A stretch of DNA of 39,438 nt, taken from assembly GCA_013416795.1 (NCBI GenBank), contig RQSC01000020.1:232714-272151 (forward strand). Reading direction: 5' to 3'. The notes under the pieces are model-generated. The model did no database searches. It saw nothing but the letters and a program-made list of their open reading frames with translations, and was not told the origin of the DNA. Made by a program: the position numbers and the translations under genes. Below, in pieces: positions 31,746-39,438 of this stretch (the first letter of the stretch is position 1; each line of letters starts with the position of its first letter). The stretch comes from Prasinococcaceae sp. CCMP 1430. Its lineage: Eukaryota > Plantae > Prasinodermophyta.

Positions 31746-31756
31746 CTCGTAGAGCN

Positions 31757-32932
31757 GGAGCGCGCGCGGCCGGCACTCGGTGCGGTGCGCGGCGCCCGCG
31801 CTCGACCAGTGCGGCCGGCGCAGCCAGCGCGCGCGACCGGCGGCGGCGGGGTGGGCGACACGACGAGCGAGGGCGACGGGGAGGATGCCGAGATAGGGAT
31901 GGGGAGTGAGCCAGTTGCGCCCCGCGCCCAGGGCGCCGCTGCTGCGGCAGACGCGGGCGCCGACGACGTGGCGGCCGAGCCCGCAGCTGAGGCGGAGGAG
32001 CAGGACGAGCCGGCCAACGCGAGTGCGAACGGCTCGGCCGGCGCGTTCAAGTACACGCCGCCGCCGCTCCCGTCTGCTTCGGACGCCATGGATGCCATGG
32101 ACGTCGACGACCTCAAGGAGATCTTGCTAGACACCATGGAGGGTACCGAGCGCGGCCTCTCTGGCAGCGCCGAGTCGAGGGGGGAGATTCTGGAGCTCAT
32201 CGCGCGCCTCGAGGCCATCAACCCGACCCCTGCGCCGACCGCGTCCACGTCTATGGCGCAGCTGGAGGGCAAGTGGAGGCTCGTGTGGACAAGCACGAGC
32301 GAGCTTGTGGCGCTCCTCGCCGCGAGCCGGCTACCGCTTGTGCGAGTCGTGGACATCTTCCAGACAATCGACGGCGCGTCGCGCACCGCCGAGAACAACG
32401 TCGTGCTCGAGCTGCCGTTCGCGCGCACGTCCGTGAGCGCCACCGCAGAGATTGAAGTGACCTCGCCGAAGAGGCTCAACGTGACGTTCACGAAGACGGG
32501 CGTGGCCACGCCGACGCTGCTGGATGACATTGACGTGCCCTCGAGCGTCGAGGTGATGGGCACCTCCGTCGATCTGGGCTTCGCCCGCGAGCCCCTGCTG
32601 GCGCTCAAGGTGCGCTACTGGGGGGCGCTGGCGCGCTCAGCGGCCATGGAAAGTGGCATGCGGCACACTCGAGCTGACAATGCCGCCTGCATCCCTTGCA
32701 CGACGCCTGCCGTCCGCGCAATCGCTCGCCACCGCAGGATGCCGCCCTCGGCGCTGCGCGCGCCGCCCAGAGCTTCCTCCCCTCTGATGGCGTGGAGGTG
32801 CCCCTGCGCGCGGGCGAGACCCAGATTGGCGGATCGTCGTGGCTCATGACCACCTACCTGGACGATACCCTGCGCATATCCCGCGGCGACGGCGGTGGCG
32901 TCTTCGTCCTCGTCAAGGAGCGCTATTGGTGA
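31757..32932 (+). CDS. Plastid fibrillin (PAP/FBN1-2-like); exons <31757-32609, 32738-32932; start lost at n
   Basis: LKEILLDTMEGTERGL, IARLEAINPTPAP, LEGKWRLVWTS, IFQTID, WLMTTYLDDTLRISRGDGGGVFVLVK. Confidence 0.93.
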
Positions 32933-33417
32933 GCGCTAGCGCAGCGCAAAGCTGGGGGTTGCCCACTCCGACCCCAGTGCGCTCAAGAGTCAGAGATAGA
33001 GAGCGCGATGTGGCCCTCCGTGTAACCATCTCCCCCTTCGCGCGCTCCGGGGCAGCGGGAAGAGCGCCCCCACGCACGTGCGCGCGAGTGCGTGGACGGC
33101 CCAGGGGAACTTGCGGCATTCGGTGGCGGGAGTCGTCGTTTGAACCAAATCTCATAGGACTATACCAACGGGAGCCTCCACGCGGCACAAAGGCCGAGGG
33201 CTACGGGAGCAGGGGGGGGGCTGCGGCGGTGGGGCGCGCCACACGACTACTCGGCGCCGCGGCGGGCCTCCGTGGCACAGGAGAGGTTGCAGGCTGCAAG
33301 GAGGAGGCGCAGGTGGGGCGTGGGTGTAGGAGCGAGTGGAGGGTTCGGTATGCGCCGCGCGCGGTCGTGCGCGGCCGCGGCCCTGCCGCCACGGGCCGCG
33401 CGCGCGCTACGGCGCGC

Positions 33418-34296
33418 GTCGACCTGCGCAGCGCTGGCGCGTTCGCGGCGCGGCACGCGCGCGGGTCGGCGCACATGCCCATGGAGGAGCTCGCTGCGAG
33501 GCTGTACGAGCTGCCACCGCCTTTCGCGCACGCGCCCGAGATCGCGCTCGTCGGCGAGAGCGAGGAGCAGCTCGGCACCGCGACAGAGCTTCTCACCCAA
33601 AAAGGCTGGCGCGTTGGGTCCTCGGTGGTGGCCGCGGAGGATGAAGGGTGGGACGTGGGCGCCGGCGCAGAGATGGTCTCCGGCGGCGAGCCGAGCGTGC
33701 TGTGGGAGCCCAACGAGTTCCTTCGAGGGCTCATGGAGGACGCAGGCGCGCGTGAGGCGGTCGCGCGCGCGGGGGAGTGCTGCGAGTCGGAGAGCCCGAT
33801 CGCGGTCGACGCCGGGTGCGGCAACGGCCGCGATGCCGTGTACCTTGCGCTCGCTCTCGGGCCAGCGTGGACGGTGTACGCGATTGACAACCACAAGGGG
33901 GCGCTCGCACGCACCGCCGAGCTGGCCGAGCGCAGCGGGGTCGCCGATCGCGTCGTGACGGACGCACGCAACCTTCGCGCCAAGGGGCTCAGCGGGCTGC
34001 CGCGCCCGGCCCTACTGCACGGGCACCGCTTCCTCGATAAGCCGCTGCTCGAGGCGGTCGCTGCCGATGGCGGCGCGGCTCTCGGGCCGCACGGCGTGCT
34101 CATGTGGGGTCATTTCCTTGAGGGCTGCGAAGTCTTCGCTCCGCCGCGCCGCAAGAGCGTGCAACTCGAGCGTGGCTGGCTGCGCTCGCTTTGCGCACCA
34201 CCGCACTGGAACGTGTTCGAGGACAGAGAGGCGCAGCTTAGCACTCGCAACGAGACGGTACCAGCCGAGTCCTTCGCCGCCGCTCGTACCAAGTAG
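33418..34296 (+). CDS. Rhodanese-like domain fused to a TehB-like class I SAM methyltransferase (start uncertain, upstream of 33418)
   Basis: VDLRS..F...H..GS.HMP.EEL..R..ELP (rhodanese-like); AVDAGCGNGRDAVYLA, VYAIDN, HRFLDKPL (methyltransferase). Confidence 0.78.
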   Translation, partial: VDLRSAGAFAARHARGSAHMPMEELAARLYELPPPFAHAPEIALVGESEEQLGTATELLTQKGWRVGSSVVAAEDEGWDVGAGAEMVSGGEPSVLWEPNEFLRGLMEDAGAREAVARAGECCESESPIAVDAGCGNGRDAVYLALALGPAWTVYAIDNHKGALARTAELAERSGVADRVVTDARNLRAKGLSGLPRPALLHGHRFLDKPLLEAVAADGGAALGPHGVLMWGHFLEGCEVFAPPRRKSVQLERGWLRSLCAPPHWNVFEDREAQLSTRNETVPAESFAAARTK

Positions 34297-34958
34297 CAAG
34301 ACAGTCGTAACGCCTTGTATAATTGTACTCAGAACCTGATGGTGCGAAGGGGCGAGCTCACGTCATGCGGCCACAGTGGAGTGTCCCAGGCTCGCGACAG
34401 GCCTCTCGCGCCTTCGAGGTTTCCAGAGCGCTTCGGACACGAACGACGTGGACATCAGCGTAGGCGTCCCGGTGCGGCGCGGTGTCATTCGAGAAATGCC
34501 GAGTCGGCCTCGTTACGGGCGCGGCGCGCGATGGCGCGAAGGCGCCCGCCAGAGCGAGCTCTCGGCTGGCGGAGACGTGTTGGCACTGCTACCGCGCGGG
34601 CGCGGCGGCAGCGGCTCGCGCTGCTCCATGTGGGCTCCAGACCGCCCGTGCTCACCACACGCACAGGGCGGCTCACCAACCTGCATTGCTCACCGTAGCC
34701 GTGATGCAGCCACGGTTCTCGAGTCCAAGGCGGTCGACTTGCGGAACGCATGCCGACACAGGTCGACGCGATTGCCGACCAGGTCGACTCCTGTCGACTC
34801 TCAAGTATTGGTAGTGTTTTTCGGTCGTCATATGGGGAACGCTCGGGAATTGTGCGTCACTCTCCGCGCTGCCAATAGCAACGCACGTTGCGGCGCATCC
34901 GCGTGCCGAGCACCCACGGCCGCAGCCACAATCATTTCCCCCTTGCCCCCCTTTGCCN

Positions 34959-35067
34959 CCTTGAGGGTGTCCAGCGGCATCGCCACCGTCTGTGCCACGA
35001 AGCCGCTGGCGAGGCTGGCGGCCGAGTGGAGCAGCGGCGTCTCCGCGCCGCGCGCGTCCACCAGCAC
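34959..35067 (-). CDS. Short fragment of a mitochondrial carrier (SLC25) gene
   Basis: LHSAASLASGFVAQTVAMPLDTLK carries the carrier Px[DE]xx[KR] signature, in a different frame from the adjacent RRM gene; ends at n 34958. Confidence 0.6.
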
Positions 35068-35943
35068 GGCCGCCCTCCGCACGCGACGGGCGCTCGCCGC
35101 GCTCGCCACGCTCGCCGCGCTCGCCACTGCGGCTGTCGCTGCGGCCCCGACCGCGGCCGCGACCACCGCCGCGGCCGCCCTCATAGTCACCGCGACCACC
35201 GCCACGGCTGCTGCGACCCTCGCCGCGCTCAGACCTCTGCCGGCGTGGCTGCATTGCCCGCTTCGCCTCGCACGTGCACGCGCGTCCATCAACCGTCAAC
35301 CCCTGCTCAATCGCTGCCTTCGCGCTCTCCTCAGTCTCGAAGGCCACGAACGCGAAGCATGAACCCTTTTGCTGCTTCAGGCTCACACCCGCCGTGCCGC
35401 CATTGATCGCGCCGAACGCCGCGGAGAACGCAGCGTGCACGGCGTCCTCCTTGATGCCCAGCGGGAGGTGGCGCACGAAAATCGAGCGGCCATCCTCCTC
35501 CTGCGACGCGGCCGTCTGTGCACTGGCTGCAGTGCCATTGGCGCCGTCGGTCGCGGGCGCGGGCGCGGCAGCCGCCGCGGGTGCCGCGGCGGGCGCAGCG
35601 GGTGCCGCAGCGGCCGGGGCGGCGGCTGCAGCAGCGGCCTTCTTCTTCTTGCGCAGGATTGCTGCGAAGGACATGGTGCCGAACTCGGCGTCGCCCTCGT
35701 CGTCCTCCTCCTCGGCATCCTTCGTCGGAGCCTCGGCCTCGGGGTCGGCGTCGGTTGCGGCCTCGGCCGCCGGAGCAGCGGTGCCGTTGGCGGCCTCCGC
35801 AACCGCCGGCTTGGCAGCTGCGGCCTCGGTGGGCGCGGGGGCAGCCTTGGCCGGGGCAGCCGCCTTGGGGGCCGCAGCCTTGGGCGCGGACTTCTCAGCG
35901 GCCAGGACCGGCGCGGCCGCGACGGCAGGGGCAGCCGCCGCGG
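35068..35943 (-). CDS. G3BP-like RNA-binding protein (A/P/E-rich linker, RRM, RGG tail); N-terminus in gap
   Basis: SFAAIL..K motif, RNP2 SIFVRHLP, RNP1 CFAFVAFE, RGG repeats. An NTF2 domain is only inferred to lie in the gap. Confidence 0.7.
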
Positions 35944-36782
35944 NNNNNNNNNNNNNNNNNNNNNNNNNNNNNNNNNNNNNNNNNNNNNNNNNNNNNNNNN
36001 NNNNNNNNNNNNNNNNNNNNNNNNNNNNNNNNNNNNNNNNNNNNNNNNNNNNNNNNNNNNNNNNNNNNNNNNNNNNNNNNNNNNNNNNNNNNNNNNNNNN
36101 NNNNNNNNNNNNNNNNNNNNNNNNNNNNNNNNNNNNNNNNNNNNNNNNNNNNNNNNNNNNNNNNNNNNNNNNNNNNNNNNNNNNNNNNNNNNNNNNNNNN
36201 NNNNNNNNNNNNNNNNNNNNNNNNNNNNNNNNNNNNNNNNNNNNNNNNNNNNNNNNNNNNNNNNNNNNNNNNNNNNNNNNNNNNNNNNNNNNNNNNNNNN
36301 NNNNNNNNNNNNNNNNNNNNNNNNNNNNNNNNNNNNNNNNNNNNNNNNNNNNNNNNNNNNNNNNNNNNNNNNNNNNNNNNNNNNNNNNNNNNNNNNNNNN
36401 NNNNNNNNNNNNNNNNNNNNNNNNNNNNNNNNNNNNNNNNNNNNNNNNNNNNNNNNNNNNNNNNNNNNNNNNNNNNNNNNNNNNNNNNNNNNNNNNNNNN
36501 NNNNNNNNNNNNNNNNNNNNNNNNNNNNNNNNNNNNNNNNNNNNNNNNNNNNNNNNNNNNNNNNNNNNNNNNNNNNNNNNNNNNNNNNNNNNNNNNNNNN
36601 NNNNNNNNNNNNNNNNNNNNNNNNNNNNNNNNNNNNNNNNNNNNNNNNNNNNNNNNNNNNNNNNNNNNNNNNNNNNNNNNNNNNNNNNNNNNNNNNNNNN
36701 NNNNNNNNNNNNNNNNNNNNNNNNNNNNNNNNNNNNNNNNNNNNNNNNNNNNNNNNNNNNNNNNNNNNNNNNNNNNNNNNNN
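35944..36782. other. Assembly gap (839 n)
   Basis: Run of n. Confidence 1.
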
Positions 36783-37266
36783 GGCCGCCGCCGCCGCACC
36801 TCTCCCCTCGCAGCGCGTTCGCAGGCGCACACTGTGGCGCCCCCGTCCCCCCCCCTCCCCTCCTCCCTCCCCCCGCGAGCGCGCCGCGTCCCCTGGCGGT
36901 GCGCGCCCGCTCCAGCGCGGCCCGCTCCAGAGCGGCCGCTGCCGGTGCCGGGCCGCACGCGCGCGGCCGATCGATTCCGATTCGATCGGCCGGGAACACG
37001 AGGCGAAAGCGCTTTCCCGGTTTTTCTTTATTGCACCAGCGCGGGCCGAGGCGAAAGAGGGAGGGATCAACAGCCCGGCCTTTTGGGACGCGGATGGAGA
37101 CACGGGACATGCAGACGCGAAACGGGAGAAAAGGGCGACGGGCGCCGTGGAGACCGGGGAAGACAGGGAGGAATCGGGGTACGACGACGGAAAACCCGGG
37201 GGGGGGGAGAGGCTGTACCATCGACGGTACTGTACATGTACATTCGTTACTATACATAGGAGGCGT

Positions 37267-38204
37267 CTAGCGAGGCCCGCCTGAGGGCTGCTGCTGGCCT
37301 CCGGCGAACACAGGGTGCACCGTGCCGACCGCAGTGAACTCATCCGAGTACGCAGCGTAGCTGCCGTCGAGGGCGATTCTGTAGAAGGCCTTGTACACGC
37401 CGGGTACGGACACCTTGAAGAGTTGCAGGCTTCGCGCCTTTCCGACCGCCCCGACGACGCGCTGCATCTTGAGGTCTGCCCCGCCCGCGCCTGCCCGGCC
37501 TGGCCGCGCGCGCCACAGCTCCAGCACATCCTCTGGGCCGTGGTCCGCCGGCGCCATCCAGTCAACTCGAAAGGCCTCGCCAACGAGCACCGCGCCGGGC
37601 GCGAGGAGAGAGTACCCCGCGCGCCCGGCCGCTCCCTCCATGCCTTGCCGGTTGAGGTCGTTGTCCTCCACGTCGACGAGCACCGCAACGGAGCAGTTGC
37701 CCTCGGAAGTGTCCGTGGCATGGGCGACCGCCGCCGTCCACCCGCCGCTGGCGACTCCATCGGACGGTGCAGACAGCCGCATCAGCTGGGGCTCGTTCCA
37801 GTTCGACGCGTCGAAGCTCAGCTCCTGTCGTGCGGCGCAGCGTCGATGCGCCGCCGTTGGCGTCAGCTCGGGCAGAGCACGCGCGAAGGCGCACGCGCGC
37901 GCGAGGGCGCGCGAGGGAGGCGGCGCACACGCGGTCGCACCTCAGGGCTGACCCGTACACCTGGCAGCGACGCCACATTGAGCACGGCAGTCGGTTCGCT
38001 TGGAGCTGCCGCGAGCCTGACCTCGTACATCTGCACCGCACCACCCTCGACGAGGCGCAGGTTCGTCACGTTGGCGACCGGCGTCGAGTCCTCTGCGCAC
38101 TGAGCTGCGCAACCGCGGGGTGCCGCCGCACACGCCAGCAGAAGTGCCATAGGGAGAGCGCGCGCGAACTTTCGCCATGGCAGGCCTCGCCGCCCTCGCC
38201 CCAT
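37267..38204 (-). CDS. Secreted beta-sandwich protein with a Calx-beta-like domain; exons 38204 (or 38150)-37941, 37824-37267
   Basis: Signal peptide MALLLACAAAPRGCAAQ; LSFDASNWNEPQLMRL...DVEDND motif. Phase-0 intron 37940-37825 with GCTGAC. Confidence 0.6.
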
Positions 38205-38301
38205 GTCCGCTTCCCCCCTCCCCTCCGTCCACATGGCCGCCGCGCGGGACGACTGGTTCGGGCGCGGTGCGCGGGGCGCCGCGTCGCGCGGCGCCGCACC
38301 G

Positions 38302-38745
38302 NNNNNNNNNNNNNNNNNNNNNNNNNNNNNNNNNNNNNNNNNNNNNNNNNNNNNNNNNNNNNNNNNNNNNNNNNNNNNNNNNNNNNNNNNNNNNNNNNNN
38401 NNNNNNNNNNNNNNNNNNNNNNNNNNNNNNNNNNNNNNNNNNNNNNNNNNNNNNNNNNNNNNNNNNNNNNNNNNNNNNNNNNNNNNNNNNNNNNNNNNNN
38501 NNNNNNNNNNNNNNNNNNNNNNNNNNNNNNNNNNNNNNNNNNNNNNNNNNNNNNNNNNNNNNNNNNNNNNNNNNNNNNNNNNNNNNNNNNNNNNNNNNNN
38601 NNNNNNNNNNNNNNNNNNNNNNNNNNNNNNNNNNNNNNNNNNNNNNNNNNNNNNNNNNNNNNNNNNNNNNNNNNNNNNNNNNNNNNNNNNNNNNNNNNNN
38701 NNNNNNNNNNNNNNNNNNNNNNNNNNNNNNNNNNNNNNNNNNNNN
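38302..38745. other. Assembly gap (~444 n)
   Basis: Run of n. Confidence 1.
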
Positions 38746-38978
38746 CCCCGCCCGCTCCCCTCCGCCTGCTGCGGGTGCGCCGGCCGCAGCTCGCTGGCGC
38801 AACGCTATCCACTCGCTGCGCGGCCGCGAGCCGGAACTCGCGTCCCTTTCGGAGTGATGGAACACGCCGCCGGGCGCGCGCGCGTGCGCAGCGCGCAGGA
38901 GCGCGGCGGACGCAGGGTAGCGGGGGGGAGGCCGGTGCGCCATACCCTGCGCACACAGCACACCCCTCCCCTGCAACC

Positions 38979-39140
38979 ATGGTGTTCGCCCTCTCCGCCA
39001 AGTCGGCCATCGCCACCGCGCCCGCCGCCGCCGCGCCGCGCCGCGCCGCCAAGCCGGTGCGCGCCTCGCCGGTCGCCTTCTTCGGCAAGAAGGAGGAGCC
39101 GGCCCCGCCCGCGAAGAAGTCGTTCTTCGGCAGCAAGAAG
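38979..39140 (+). CDS. Exon 1 of a plastid-targeted protein (possibly a light-harvesting antenna protein); gene continues beyond the window
   Basis: MVFALSAKSAIATAPAAAAPRRAAKPVRASPVAFFGKKEEPAPPAKKSFFGSKK followed by a GTGCGT donor at 39141. Confidence 0.6.
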
Positions 39141-39438
39141 GTGCGTCGCCGACGCCGCAACTACATCGACTGCGCGCGGCGATGCGTGCGTGCGAGCCTC
39201 GCGTGCTCCTTGCCATGGCGTGGGGCCGCGCCGCTGCCAGCGGCACCCCGCGCCGCGCCAGTCTCACGCTGCGCCGCGCCAGCGCTGCGACATGCGCTGC
39301 AGCGATGCGGCATCGCAGACTCTCGAGCTGCTCGCCCACCGCCGCCGACGGCCCGCCTGCTCGTGCCAGCCGTGCGCGCGCGTGGCATGCCCTGCCGGCC
39401 TCCGCCCGTCGCCCCTGCCTGCCCCCCCCGTGTCGCGC

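Noticed and set aside
34325-34460. C/D snoRNA on the minus strand (TGATGT...CTGA)
   Set aside because: Mismatched C box, 3-bp stem, and no rRNA complement that I can recognise.
18456-34828. Shared 11-mer ACGACCGAAAA (18456-18466; reverse complement at 34818-34828)
   Set aside because: An 11-nt match between distant sites is expected by chance in 39 kb.
37214-37232. GTACC/GGTAC hairpin and adjacent TGTACATGTACA palindrome
   Set aside because: Short; consistent with TGTA-rich 3'-end sequence of the adjacent gene.
615-37940. Introner-type repeated introns
   Set aside because: Compared by eye, the introns share only splice signals and a CTGAC-type branch point, not body sequence.
34673-39339. 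ORFs of 350-760 aa spanning n runs
   Set aside because: Length is an artefact of translating through gaps.
1-39438. CRISPR arrays, tRNA/rRNA/snRNA genes, transposases, viral insertions
   Set aside because: No repeat-spacer arrays, conserved RNA motifs, transposase or RT motifs, or long compositional islands were seen.

Overview
Gene-dense nuclear DNA from a very GC-rich eukaryote (about 70% GC or more, judged by eye), most likely a green alga of prasinophyte type. The evidence for this is short GT(G/A)CG...CAG introns that mostly carry a GCTGAC-type branch point, TGTAA 3' signals, plastid transit peptides, a fibrillin and a UhpC-type transporter exon. About 26 genes or gene fragments can be modelled. 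Well-recognised housekeeping genes are GalE, RPAC2, LSm2, a CHR12/23-like SNF2, MED17, CYP71, RPL13, PI31, NKAP, SEC20, fibrillin and an organellar RF-1-domain protein. I found no rRNA, tRNA, CRISPR array or recognisable transposon, and I cannot demonstrate a multi-gene novel system. The best biological leads are (1) a LAP1/LULL1 (torsin-activator)-like membrane protein, (2) a myristoylated CaMKK/GRIK kinase fused to a cyclic-nucleotide-binding domain, (3) a 4-exon plastid-targeted orphan invisible to the ORF track, and (4) a METTL24-like methyltransferase split by a ~450-aa insert. Major caveat: at several head-to-head gene pairs the 5' ends are missing, and an unrelated gene fragment sits between a seamless GC-rich join and an n gap. 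Apparent fusions here (e.g. Ca-ATPase-PPR) are therefore most likely assembly chimeras. All family calls come from motif recognition; no database search was run.
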